A stretch of DNA of 64,000 nucleotides from an uncultured Eubacteriales bacterium. Its GTDB lineage: Bacteria; Bacillota; Clostridia; Christensenellales; CAG-1252. The notes under the pieces are model-generated. The model was not told the origin of the DNA, did no database searches, and saw nothing but the letters and a program-made list of their open reading frames with translations. Position 1 is the stretch's first letter. Each line of letters begins with the position of its first letter. The DNA lies in assembly GCA_902797685.1 (NCBI GenBank), contig CADBTQ010000012.1, forward strand, positions 8,753-72,752. The letters are read 5' to 3'. Shown here piece by piece: positions 10,836-19,932 of this stretch. A program made the position numbers and the translations under genes.

Positions 10836-12345
10836 GATCGGTAGAGGGTGCCTCTACCGTAGCGTCGTTGTGCCGAACGGAGAGCGGTGCCTCTACCGTA
10901 GCGTCGTTGTGCCCTTGAGATTCTTCGCTTTGCTCAGAATGACTGTCAGGGGGAGATGCCTCCTGCTTAGTTTCGTTGTGTCCTTGAGATTCTTCGCTTT
11001 GCTCGGAATGACGACTGGAGACCGATACCTCTTGCGTGGTGTCGCTGCTTCTTTGAGATCCTTCGCTTTGCTCAGAATGACGGGCGGAGGGGTCGGTGAC
11101 TTCGTCTTCGATCGGGGCTTGCTCCTTTTGGGCTTTGGCTTGTTCCACCTGTCTCGTCAATTCTTCCAACAACGCTTGCCCGTCTTGACGGGTGGCTTTT
11201 TGGCGGGAACGATATTTGAACACGAAATAGACGATCAACAATACGACCGCCACCGCCGCCAATACGATGGCGATGATCGAGGTTTTGCTCAGCCCTTTGC
11301 GGGAAGACTCCTTGATGGTGTTGCCGCAGTTTTGCACGACTGCCGCCACCTGCTCTTTGGTGGTACAAGAGGCAAGCTCCAATTCGGCTTGCTCTACGAT
11401 GCGGGCGACGCGCGCCCGCCCTTCCTCGTCGTAATCTTTCAAAAAGTCTTCGGTCAAATACAGCCGAAGCGCCGCCTTGGCGTTGGCCATCACCCGCGCC
11501 CATTCCACCACGTTCGCGTCCAGCAGCACGGTGGCGTTAGATACCACGCTCTCCCAATACTCGATCACTTGCGGCTTGTCCTCGTAGCGATGGTGCTTGT
11601 CCTCGTCCGAGGAAAAGTATCCGATCATACTTTGATGGGCACCGATCAACGCGCTCCAATCCTCGGGCGAATAATAGGTTTTGAGACCCTCGAGCGACCG
11701 CTCATATGAGGTGGGATCCATCTCGATAGAATAGCCCTCGATCGCCACGGGGGCAAGATCGAACGCCAACAGCGCGGCGTTGACGGCGTCCGCCCACAAT
11801 TCGTCGGCGTACCCCACCCACCTATCGACCGCGTCGACCCAACCGTCGATCACTTGCGACCTCGTCGGGATGCTATTGATCTCTTGGGCAAAACTGTCGA
11901 AAAGAGCCGTCAGCCCCTCTTGGGTATCCACGTCGGGCAACGCCTCGTCCAACAAAGTCAGCAGTCCCGCCACTTGGTCCCATTCGGCTTGGTCGTACTC
12001 CTTGGCGGTAGAGCGGGTCATACCAAACGTCAAGTGGGTGGAATCCACGTACAGCCTTAGCCTCGCTTCCTCTTTGTCGTAGGTCAATTTGAGCCGCAAA
12101 AAGGCGGTTTCGTCCTCTTCGGCAACTGACGACGCGGACAAAAGATTTTGCCCTTCCACCACGAGGTCGTAGTACGTCTTATCCGCGTGCAGAGGGTAGT
12201 CTCCGCCCGTCTCGAGCGCCGAAGACAGGGTGACGACGATCTCGTGCAAACGCTCCCCTTCCCCCTCGGCGCACGCCAACATTGACGGCGACAACGCCGT
12301 CAACACAAGGCAAAGGATAGCGAACAACACGACTGCTTTTTTCAT
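10813..12345 (-). CDS. Single-pass membrane protein: signal peptide, extracytoplasmic domain, TM helix and a repetitive acidic/Ser-rich cytoplasmic tail
   Basis: 510 aa. N-terminus is MKKAVVLFAILCLVLTALSPSMLACA and the TM helix is IIAIVLAAVAVVLLIVYFVF. The tail carries HSEQSE(E/G)SQ x3 and HNDATVEAP x2. Confidence 0.7.
   Translation of the reverse strand: MKKAVVLFAILCLVLTALSPSMLACAEGEGERLHEIVVTLSSALETGGDYPLHADKTYYDLVVEGQNLLSASSVAEEDETAFLRLKLTYDKEEARLRLYVDSTHLTFGMTRSTAKEYDQAEWDQVAGLLTLLDEALPDVDTQEGLTALFDSFAQEINSIPTRSQVIDGWVDAVDRWVGYADELWADAVNAALLAFDLAPVAIEGYSIEMDPTSYERSLEGLKTYYSPEDWSALIGAHQSMIGYFSSDEDKHHRYEDKPQVIEYWESVVSNATVLLDANVVEWARVMANAKAALRLYLTEDFLKDYDEEGRARVARIVEQAELELASCTTKEQVAAVVQNCGNTIKESSRKGLSKTSIIAIVLAAVAVVLLIVYFVFKYRSRQKATRQDGQALLEELTRQVEQAKAQKEQAPIEDEVTDPSARHSEQSEGSQRSSDTTQEVSVSSRHSEQSEESQGHNETKQEASPPDSHSEQSEESQGHNDATVEAPLSVRHNDATVEAPSTDHEEKQSE
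10847..11081 (-). repeat. In-frame tandem DNA repeats inside the 3' end of the 10813-12345 gene
   Basis: A 28-nt unit ggtgcctctaccgtagcgtcgttgtgcc occurs at 10847 and 10886 (39-nt period). A 30-nt unit cttgagattcttcgctttgctc(a/g)gaatgac occurs at 10914, 10983 and 11052 (69-nt period). Confidence 0.9.
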
Positions 12346-12381
12346 ATATGCGAATCGCCCGCGAAAACGGGCGACGAACGA

Positions 12382-14187
12382 TCAATATTTGAAGTTTTTG
12401 TTGATCTCGGCAAAGAACTCGACCGGGATCTTGACGACTTGGCGGTCGTAGGTCAGCATGCCGTTGACCTCGTCCTGCACGTCGGACACTTGGGTGTAGA
12501 CCAAAGCGGACAGCCCCTCGTGCATCTTGGGGATGAGCCTATCCAAATACAGCTTTTTGATCCCGTCGAGCAACCCTTCCTTGGTTTTGAAGGACTTGTA
12601 ACCGGGCATATTGACCCCAAACACCGTGCTTTCGTTGTGAATGTGCCCCGGCTCCATGTAGATGAGCCCGCCGAACTCAGTCAAGCACACCGCGCGATCG
12701 TCGTTTTTGTCGATCTTGGTAAAGCGCAAGGGGGAGAAATAGATGTGGAAACTGTTGATGTCCCCGCCCCCTTGGTCGTGCCAACCGCTGGCGTGGTCGA
12801 TCAAACGGGTGGGATCGTATTCCCTGACCATCTGCGCCGCTTTGAGGGCGTCGAATTGTCCCCAACCCTCGTTGAAGGGCACCCACAGACACAGCGACGT
12901 CACGTTGATCAACGCGTCCATCGTGCCGTACATATCGCGATAGTACTCGGCACGCCCCTCGGCGTCCGCACGGTGGAACAGTTTGTAGTTCTTTTTGCCG
13001 TCGGACAAGCGGAAGAAGCGTTTGTACTTGGGATCCAAGATCATGCCCGCTACCGAGCTGATGCCGATCGCCCACATATTGTACGCTTCGGCGCCGCCCG
13101 ACACCATGTCCTGCCACACCAACATACCCAGCCTATCGCAATGGTAGTACCAACGCAAAGGCTCGACTTTGATATGCTTGCGGAGCATATTGAAGCCCAT
13201 ATCCTTCATGGTTTGGATATCGTAGATAAGCGCCTCGTCCGACGCGGCGGTGTACATACCGTCCGACCAATAGCCTTGGTCGAGCAAGCCGTTTTGGAAA
13301 TAGGGTTTGTTGTTGAGCGCCAAGCGGGTGTAACCTTTGTCGTCCTTGATCAAGCCGAATTTGCGCATACCGAAGTAACTGGTGACGTGATCCTCCCCGC
13401 AAGTGATATCGAGGTCGTACAACTTGGGGTTTTCGGGACTCCAATACTCGTAAGAGATCAGTTTGAGACAGATCTCCCCTTTGCCCGCGCCTTTGGCGAG
13501 TACTTTGTCCCCGTCCAACACCTTCCAGTCGACTTCCACGTCCTCGCCCACCACGTCGGCGCGCAAAAACACGCAGTTGTCGTCGATGTCGGGGGTGATG
13601 CGCAAAGCGCGGATATAGGTGGTGGGTACCGACTCCAACCACACCGTTTGCCATATACCCGAGGTGGGCAAATACCAAATGCCCGAGCCGCCCATGATCT
13701 GCTTGCCGCGGGCTTGATGTCCCTTTTCGCTGGGGTCGGTCACCGCGAGAGTGAGTTCGTTGTCCCCCTCTTCCAAAAAGTCGGTGATATCCATATCGAA
13801 GGGCAGATAGCCGCCGCGGTGGGTGCCGACGACTTTGCCGTTCAAAGACACTTCGCACAAATAGTCCACCGCCCCAAAGTGCAACAAGACTCTACCTTTG
13901 TTGAAGTCTTGGGGCAACGCGAAAGTGCGGCGATAGTACAAAGTATCCGCGGGGGTCACCGTCCTCTCCACACCCGATAACAAAGTCTCGGGCGAAAAGG
14001 GTACCAAGATCTTGCCCTCGTAACCGCCGAAAGAGGCGGACGTGGGATAGATGGCGTAATCCCATTCCCCGTTGAGGTTGATATAGCTATCGCGGACGAG
14101 TTGGGGACGAGGATACTCGGGTAACACGTTGTTGCGGTCCAAGTTTTGTCCCCAAGGGGTGTACAGTTTGTTGTCGGGTTTTTTCAT
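12382..14187 (-). CDS. Glycoside hydrolase family 2 (beta-galactosidase/beta-glucuronidase-like)
   Basis: 601 aa. The N-terminus LPEYPRPQLVRDSYINLNGEWDY...LLHFGAVDYLCEVSLNGKVVGTHRGGYLPFDMDIT is typical of the GH2 sugar-binding domain, and a TIM-barrel part contains WVPFNEGWG. Confidence 0.85.
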   Translation of the reverse strand: MKKPDNKLYTPWGQNLDRNNVLPEYPRPQLVRDSYINLNGEWDYAIYPTSASFGGYEGKILVPFSPETLLSGVERTVTPADTLYYRRTFALPQDFNKGRVLLHFGAVDYLCEVSLNGKVVGTHRGGYLPFDMDITDFLEEGDNELTLAVTDPSEKGHQARGKQIMGGSGIWYLPTSGIWQTVWLESVPTTYIRALRITPDIDDNCVFLRADVVGEDVEVDWKVLDGDKVLAKGAGKGEICLKLISYEYWSPENPKLYDLDITCGEDHVTSYFGMRKFGLIKDDKGYTRLALNNKPYFQNGLLDQGYWSDGMYTAASDEALIYDIQTMKDMGFNMLRKHIKVEPLRWYYHCDRLGMLVWQDMVSGGAEAYNMWAIGISSVAGMILDPKYKRFFRLSDGKKNYKLFHRADAEGRAEYYRDMYGTMDALINVTSLCLWVPFNEGWGQFDALKAAQMVREYDPTRLIDHASGWHDQGGGDINSFHIYFSPLRFTKIDKNDDRAVCLTEFGGLIYMEPGHIHNESTVFGVNMPGYKSFKTKEGLLDGIKKLYLDRLIPKMHEGLSALVYTQVSDVQDEVNGMLTYDRQVVKIPVEFFAEINKNFKY

Positions 14188-14190
14188 AGA

Positions 14191-15900
14191 CTAACTCCTT
14201 TTGTTGTGATCGAGCGGCACTTTGACCGCGCTGCCCTCGGGACAAGGACCGTCGTAGCAAACGCTGCCGAACACGTCCACGACCCTAAGGTGACGTTGAT
14301 ACCAAGAAAAGGTCAATACCCTGCCTTGGTAGTGTAAATGACGCAATATCATCGCCCTGCCCGTGGGCGATCGGGGCTTGACGAGCAAGCCGTCGTGAGT
14401 GGGGGTAAGCCCCCAAAGGGATTTGAGCAACAGTTCCACCGCTTGGCAGTTGAGATAGGGATCCTGCCCTCTCTCGCTTCCCAGTCCTTGGCAAGCGTAG
14501 GGAGAATGAACGCCCAACAGGCGGTCGTGGCAGTAGGACGACAGCAAATTGCCCCCCAACGCCTCTTTGACCTCTTTGTCCGCCCAAAGCCCCATTGATA
14601 GCAGCGCCGCCTCTTCCGAGGTGGTCTTGGCACTATGACGGGTGCGCACGTTAGCCACCCCGTCGTACAGTTTGAAGAAAGCGCCCGATAGCGGTTTGTC
14701 GGTACCCGTCGTCAAAGGGAAAAAGGTGTCCGCCGAGAGGGTCAACCCCTCGCGGTAGTGCCCGCCCCATGGAGTGGGGACCCACTTTTTGTCCAGTTCC
14801 CTCTCCACTTGGACGGCGCGGGCGGCATAATCGGTCGCCTCTCCCGTTTTGCCCAAGCGCTGCGCCCACACGGACGATAGGTGCAAAGCTTGCCAAAGAG
14901 CGCACAGTCCCTCGACCTTGCGAGGTTTTGCCGCCTTGAGACAATCCTGCCCCACTTGATACAAAGCGGTATCGTCGGTATCCAGCCCCACAGTCAGTGC
15001 GGCAAGGGCAAGATATTCGTCTTTGCGTCCTTCGCCGTAAAGGGCAAAAAGGGAGCCCATCAGTCCCGCAATCGCGGACTTGTCCCCCGAGGAGACGATC
15101 GTCCAAGCGCTAAGCGCCAACTCCTTGGTGGGGCGCTCCTTAGTGGGATAGACGAACTGCTCCTGATACTTGACGTACTCCAACCCCCTCAAAAGGGCGT
15201 GGGAGAGAAAACAGTCCGCTTCGGTCCCGCTCTTTAAGGTCAAGCCTTTTTGCATACACTCGTCCACCAGAGCAAAGCGTTTTTTGCCTTCCAACACACA
15301 GTCGACGAGTAGATCGCCATAAGCGGGATAATAGACCAAATACCAAGTGGCGTTCCCTTCGGGGGACAGCACCCTCTCGGGATCGCCGTCCAAGTCGTTG
15401 AGCATTTTGCCCTCGGTATCCGCCAGCCCCACCGTGTGACGGCAAACGGACGTCGTCTCTTGCTTATCCCACGCCAAGCGTAAGGACAAAGAGGCTTCCG
15501 TCCGATTGACGGCGGTCACTTTTTGGATCAAAGCGGGCAAGAGCGCCGAAGGGTAATAGGTGCGTTCCACCCATCCCCACGAGGTGTCGGTGCGCACGGT
15601 CACCGCGCCCCTCACGTCCACGAAAGCGAGTTGCTCCTGGACTAGGTCGCCGTTAAGATACAGGCGGCAATCCTCGGTATAGGTCGCCTCTCCCCACTTG
15701 GGGTATCGGCAGATCTTGACCACTTGCAAGGGCTCGCTACGGTAACACACCGCATAGTCTCCCCCGCGACCCGCCATCTCCACGTAATCGGCGGTGGGCT
15801 CGGGAAAGAGAGTGCGCACACGCTTGTCGGGATAATATACGCGGAAAGTGGGACGATATATATCGTCGATATAAGGTGCGACCCACTTTGGCAACGTCAT
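14191..15900 (-). CDS. Uncharacterised protein, possibly an (alpha/alpha)6-barrel glycoside-hydrolase-like fold (function uncertain)
   Basis: The track ORF 14191..16233 is trimmed to ATG 15900, which is preceded by AGGAGG. The upstream extension crosses the divergent promoter region. The stop lies 3 nt from the GH2 start. Confidence 0.6.
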   Translation of the reverse strand: MTLPKWVAPYIDDIYRPTFRVYYPDKRVRTLFPEPTADYVEMAGRGGDYAVCYRSEPLQVVKICRYPKWGEATYTEDCRLYLNGDLVQEQLAFVDVRGAVTVRTDTSWGWVERTYYPSALLPALIQKVTAVNRTEASLSLRLAWDKQETTSVCRHTVGLADTEGKMLNDLDGDPERVLSPEGNATWYLVYYPAYGDLLVDCVLEGKKRFALVDECMQKGLTLKSGTEADCFLSHALLRGLEYVKYQEQFVYPTKERPTKELALSAWTIVSSGDKSAIAGLMGSLFALYGEGRKDEYLALAALTVGLDTDDTALYQVGQDCLKAAKPRKVEGLCALWQALHLSSVWAQRLGKTGEATDYAARAVQVERELDKKWVPTPWGGHYREGLTLSADTFFPLTTGTDKPLSGAFFKLYDGVANVRTRHSAKTTSEEAALLSMGLWADKEVKEALGGNLLSSYCHDRLLGVHSPYACQGLGSERGQDPYLNCQAVELLLKSLWGLTPTHDGLLVKPRSPTGRAMILRHLHYQGRVLTFSWYQRHLRVVDVFGSVCYDGPCPEGSAVKVPLDHNKRS

Positions 15901-16060
15901 ATACTCCTCCTTTGCGCTAACGCTATCGATTATTATATCATATTTTTTGCAATTTGTATAGGGGCAATACGGTTTTGGACAAAAAGTTGTGTTTTGGGGG
16001 AGCAAAATGGTATAACCGCGCCCAAAACGGACGATAATGCGGTTGAACAAGGAGGATATT

Positions 16061-17185
16061 ATGAACAAAATCGCACGAAAACTGCTGATCGTAGCGGTGA
16101 TGGTCGCCGTCGTCGCGTCCCTTGCCGCCTGCAACAAGGATACCAAACCGACCCAGATCGACGAGCCCGTCAAAGCGCAAGGGATCACCTTGACTTCCAC
16201 CCGCTTGTTGATGACCAAAGACGCGCAGACCACCCTGACCTATACCGTCGACCCCCAAGAGAGAAAGGGGGACGTCAGTTTTGAGACGAGCGACGAAGGG
16301 GTCGCCGAGATCTCGTCGGACGGGGTGGTGACCGCCAAAGGAACGGGGGTCGCGACCTTGAAAGTCAAAGCGGACGACAAGTACGCCGAATGTCGCGTGG
16401 TGGTGGGCGATCTGATCGTGTCCAAGCAAAGCGAGAAGACGGCGCAAGCGACGGACAACGCCACCGAAGACGGCGACGACGCCCGACAAACCCAAGATAA
16501 GACCACCATCGTCGGCAGCGGCAACAAAGTGTACGGCAGTCTACCCCAAGGCGTCGAACACGCCGAGGCCGGGCAGACCGTTTTGATTGACGAAGGCAAA
16601 TACGACGAGAGGATCACCCTCAACAAAAACCTGTCGCTCGTTGGGATCAACAACCCCTCCATCGCGGGGATCACCGTGACAAGCGGCAAGGCGACTTTGG
16701 TCAATTTGGCGTTCTCAGCTACCGACTACCCCGCCGAGGGCACGGCGAGCGTGCATATCAAGAGCGGCGCCTCGGCTGAGATCACCGACTGCTTTTTCAA
16801 CATCGTCAAAGAGGGCGAGCCTCAAGGCGGGTATGCGGTACTGGCGGACAAGATGAGCGGAGGGCTCAAGATGGAAAACAACACCCTCTCCAACTATCGC
16901 TACGGGATATACGTCTGCCCCACCGATCAGGAGATCACCATTCGCCAAAACCGTCTGAGCGGAATATCGGTGGGGATCGGAGTGGACCTGCGCCAACAAA
17001 ACACCGACCGCGATCTGCCCACGAGAGGCTCTATCTCGGGCAACCAATACAACGAAGTGGAACGCCACACCCAGTTTTTGCACTACGCCGAGACCTATGA
17101 CGGAGACTTGGACTTTGAGGACAACGAGGAAGAAAACGCGTCCAACGGGCAAAGCGATACGGGAGGAAGCGGACTGTTGGAATGA
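16061..17185 (+). CDS. Lipoprotein with a Big_2 (bacterial Ig-like) domain and right-handed beta-helix repeats
   Basis: Start trimmed to ATG 16061 after AAGGAGG. The lipobox is VASLAAC. The Big_2-like segment reads ITLTSTRLLMTKDAQTTLTYTVDP...VVTAKGTGVATLKV, and the beta-helix repeats read NNTLSNYRYGIYV...QNRLSGISVGIGV. Confidence 0.75.
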   Translation: MNKIARKLLIVAVMVAVVASLAACNKDTKPTQIDEPVKAQGITLTSTRLLMTKDAQTTLTYTVDPQERKGDVSFETSDEGVAEISSDGVVTAKGTGVATLKVKADDKYAECRVVVGDLIVSKQSEKTAQATDNATEDGDDARQTQDKTTIVGSGNKVYGSLPQGVEHAEAGQTVLIDEGKYDERITLNKNLSLVGINNPSIAGITVTSGKATLVNLAFSATDYPAEGTASVHIKSGASAEITDCFFNIVKEGEPQGGYAVLADKMSGGLKMENNTLSNYRYGIYVCPTDQEITIRQNRLSGISVGIGVDLRQQNTDRDLPTRGSISGNQYNEVERHTQFLHYAETYDGDLDFEDNEEENASNGQSDTGGSGLLE

Positions 17186-17401
17186 TGCGTTGCCAAAGTC
17201 AACATGACGTTTGCGCCGAGCGCCAATGATGCGCCGTCTAAGACGGCATGATGCGTGCTATCGCACACGAGGGAGTGATGTACACGGCAAACCGTGACGA
17301 TACGCACGATTATCAATCGTGATGATATCCACCGCTATGCGGTGATATCGGAAGGCGCCGGCCGCTCCTTACAGACGGCGTTTACGCCGCACACGATCGA
17401 A

Positions 17402-17429
17402 AGCCCCGCTTTGTCGGGGCTTTTTGTTT
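17402..17429 (+). terminator. Rho-independent terminator
   Basis: Stem AGCCCCG, loop ctttgt, stem CGGGGCT, followed by TTTTTGTTT. Confidence 0.7.
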
Positions 17430-17508
17430 GGCAGCGCGTCATTTTGCAGAGCAAAATACATTGTGTCCGCGACACACGTCACTCGCAAGCGGATTTTACG
17501 CTTGCGCC

Positions 17509-17535
17509 TTCGACGTTAGCGTCTTTCTTTCGACA
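17509..17535 (-). promoter_or_regulatory. Two Spo0A-box-like elements upstream of spoIIE
   Basis: ttcgaca at 17529-17535 is the reverse complement of the consensus 0A box TGTCGAA. ttcgacg at 17509-17515 corresponds to CGTCGAA (6/7). A TATGAT -10-like hexamer lies at 17568-17573. Confidence 0.35.
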
Positions 17536-17579
17536 AGGGTCGGCACGCGATACGGTGCCACTTGCGGTATGATGTAGCC

Positions 17580-19823
17580 ATGAAAAAGCCGCTTACCGCT
17601 CTTAGTTATATCGCCTACTTTTTGTTGTTTGGATTGTTTGCCATCGCCGAGTACAAGGGGGTACGCCCTCTGGGGATAGGTATGTACGTGGGACTCCTCA
17701 TCGTCAAACGCAACTGGTGGATCCTCTCCCCCATCCTCATCGCCGCGGGAGTGGTCGCCGAAATGAGTTGGCAATCGGCGGTGTTGACCGCCTCGGCGGT
17801 AGCGGCGTGCGGTTTGACCTATCTCGTCTACTTTAAGCAGGACAAGCCCGTCAGTCCGTCCGTATTGCTGATCGCGTCCACCTTGAGTCAACTTCCCGTG
17901 CTGTTTGTGTACGGCGTGACGGTCGAGCGCGCCATCATGGGGGTGGCGTACCTTGCCGCCCACCTCGTGTGGACTTGGGCTTCTATGGCGATCTGCAGGC
18001 TTTTCGTCAAGGGGTGGAGCAACACGTCTCCTCTCGATCAACTTGCCTTGGCGCTCGCCTTTGTGGCAATAGGCTTGGGGCTTGGACGATACAGCCCGTG
18101 GAACGTGCTGTTGGGCGCGGTGGGCGTGGGAGTGCTCGTCCACACCGTCAGACTAAGGGAAGAAGGCGTATGGTACGTGTTGGCGATGGCGGCGGGCGTT
18201 GCCTTGGCAACGGGAGACGTGTACTGGGGAGTCAGTATCGCCCTGATGGGCGGAGTCGCTTATCCTTTGAAAGGGTATCACCCGGTGTGGACGGGGTTGG
18301 CGGCAGAGGGCGTGCACCTCGTCTTTGCCTTTGCGTTGGGGGTGTACGGCGCCTATTACTTTCCCACCGCTATCCTGTTGGGCGTGGGGGCGCTCGCTCC
18401 CGCGCTCCTACCCAAAGTCACCCTCAAAAAACTGACCGACCGCCTATCCCCCACCGCGGGTCCCGGCAGTCGCTACCTCGTCAACCACACGAGGCGGGAC
18501 TTGTACCGCTCGGTGGACGGGTTGGCAAACGTGTTGGACGATATGCGGGCGGTGTTGGCGCAAGGCATGAGCTGTCTGCCGCCCATCAAAGAAAACAAAA
18601 ACCAATTGGCAAAAGATCTGGCGGCGACCGTATGCCGCGATTGTCCTTCCCGCCCCACGTGCGAACAAGCGCTCTCCTCGTCGACCGCGCTCGCCATGTA
18701 CGATCTCATTACCAAGCGGCTGGACTTGGGGCGTATTTCCCGCTTGGACGCGCCCCCGTTTTTTGCCGAATACTGCACGAGGACGGCGTATGCGGTGGAA
18801 AACTGCAATCAACTGGTGGCGGGCTACGACCGCCGCAAGGTGGTGTGCGACACCTCGGACGAGAGCAAACGAATGATGGCGGAGCAGCTGCAAGGGATAG
18901 CGGGCATGATGCACACCTTTGGCGACTCGCTCAAACAAACGGTCACGTACGAAGTGGCGGGAGAGCGCAAGATCAAAGACGCGTTGAGCAATCACGGCGT
19001 GGTCGCCAAAGAGGTGATACTCTATCGCAACAAGGGGGTATATACCGTCGTACTGACCGTAAGAGAGCAGGACGCCGCCAAAAAAGCGGTGGGAGCCACG
19101 CTCGACAAATTGCTCGGCGCGACGATCAAAAAGGACGGCAAGGTCCAAGCGGGGGGCTGGGTCACTTTGACCTACGTTTCCGCGCCGCCGTTGGGGTATC
19201 TGACGGGGCAAAAGGCGGTGCCCAAAGCGGGCTCCCCCGCCTCGGGCGACACGTACAGCGTGACCCCCATCGGCACGGACAAAGTGATGTTGGCGCTGTG
19301 CGACGGCATGGGAAGCGGCAAAGACGCCCACCAAGGGTCGGAAGCCGCCATGAGTTTGGTGGAAGGGTTTTATCAAATCGGATTGGACGAGGACGCGGTG
19401 CTCGGGCTTCTCAACCGCATGTTGGTATTGCGCAACGGAGAGAGTTTTCAGGCGCTGGATATGTGCGTGGTAGACCTTAGACGCGGCTACGCCGATTTTA
19501 TCAAATTAGGCGCGCCCGAGTCGGTGATACGCCACCACAGCAGTATGCAAGTGATCCCCGGCGGAGCGCTTCCGTTGGGGATATTGGACGAAGTGACCCC
19601 CAAGGTGACCCGCGCCAAGATCGAGGCGGGCGACATGATCGTCTTGGCGACCGACGGCATCTCCGAGACGATCGGCACGGACGGGATCGTGCGAATGAGC
19701 GATCAAAATCCCACCGTCAACCCTTCGACCTTGGCGGGACTGATCGTGGAGGACGCCCTTTTCGTCAACCGCGAAGACGACAAGACGGTGCTGTGTTGCA
19801 GAGTGTTCGCCTTGGAATCCTAA
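17580..19823 (+). CDS. spoIIE: Stage II sporulation protein E (polytopic N-terminus plus PP2C phosphatase)
   Basis: The N-terminal ~300 aa is multi-TM. The C-terminal PP2C signature is GDTYSV...MLALCDGMGSGKDA...LDMCVVDL...MIVLATDGISE. The start is uncertain: the track uses TTG 17562, and ATG 17580 has no clear RBS. Confidence 0.85.
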   Translation: MKKPLTALSYIAYFLLFGLFAIAEYKGVRPLGIGMYVGLLIVKRNWWILSPILIAAGVVAEMSWQSAVLTASAVAACGLTYLVYFKQDKPVSPSVLLIASTLSQLPVLFVYGVTVERAIMGVAYLAAHLVWTWASMAICRLFVKGWSNTSPLDQLALALAFVAIGLGLGRYSPWNVLLGAVGVGVLVHTVRLREEGVWYVLAMAAGVALATGDVYWGVSIALMGGVAYPLKGYHPVWTGLAAEGVHLVFAFALGVYGAYYFPTAILLGVGALAPALLPKVTLKKLTDRLSPTAGPGSRYLVNHTRRDLYRSVDGLANVLDDMRAVLAQGMSCLPPIKENKNQLAKDLAATVCRDCPSRPTCEQALSSSTALAMYDLITKRLDLGRISRLDAPPFFAEYCTRTAYAVENCNQLVAGYDRRKVVCDTSDESKRMMAEQLQGIAGMMHTFGDSLKQTVTYEVAGERKIKDALSNHGVVAKEVILYRNKGVYTVVLTVREQDAAKKAVGATLDKLLGATIKKDGKVQAGGWVTLTYVSAPPLGYLTGQKAVPKAGSPASGDTYSVTPIGTDKVMLALCDGMGSGKDAHQGSEAAMSLVEGFYQIGLDEDAVLGLLNRMLVLRNGESFQALDMCVVDLRRGYADFIKLGAPESVIRHHSSMQVIPGGALPLGILDEVTPKVTRAKIEAGDMIVLATDGISETIGTDGIVRMSDQNPTVNPSTLAGLIVEDALFVNREDDKTVLCCRVFALES

Positions 19824-19932
19824 CATCGTTTCTTCCGACTATGTAATAAAATGTGAATCCATAGTCACTTTTTTGCGTATTGCGTTTGCATATAATAGAC
19901 TGTCGGTGATACAATGGTGCGGGAGAAAACGA

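Noticed and set aside
10847-11081. Regularly spaced direct repeats that at first glance resemble a small CRISPR-like array
   Set aside because: The periods are 39 and 69 nt, in frame within a long ORF. The 'spacers' are also repeated and encode a repetitive peptide tail. No cas genes or leader are present.
12439-13980. 513-aa plus-strand ORF
   Set aside because: It is antisense to the GH2 gene and its composition is typical of a shadow ORF.
15901-16233. N-terminal 110-aa extension of ORF 14191..16233
   Set aside because: The extension runs through the divergent promoter region and overlaps the start of the plus-strand lipoprotein gene. An internal ATG at 15900 has a perfect AGGAGG RBS.
17294-17572. 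92-aa plus-strand ORF in the spacer upstream of spoIIE
   Set aside because: It has no RBS, it crosses a strong terminator hairpin, and its sequence looks non-protein-like.
17969-19480. 503-aa plus-strand ORF in an alternative frame of spoIIE, plus the minus-strand 18444..19376 ORF
   Set aside because: Both are Arg/Gly-rich nonsense-like sequences. The spoIIE frame carries TM helices and PP2C motifs.
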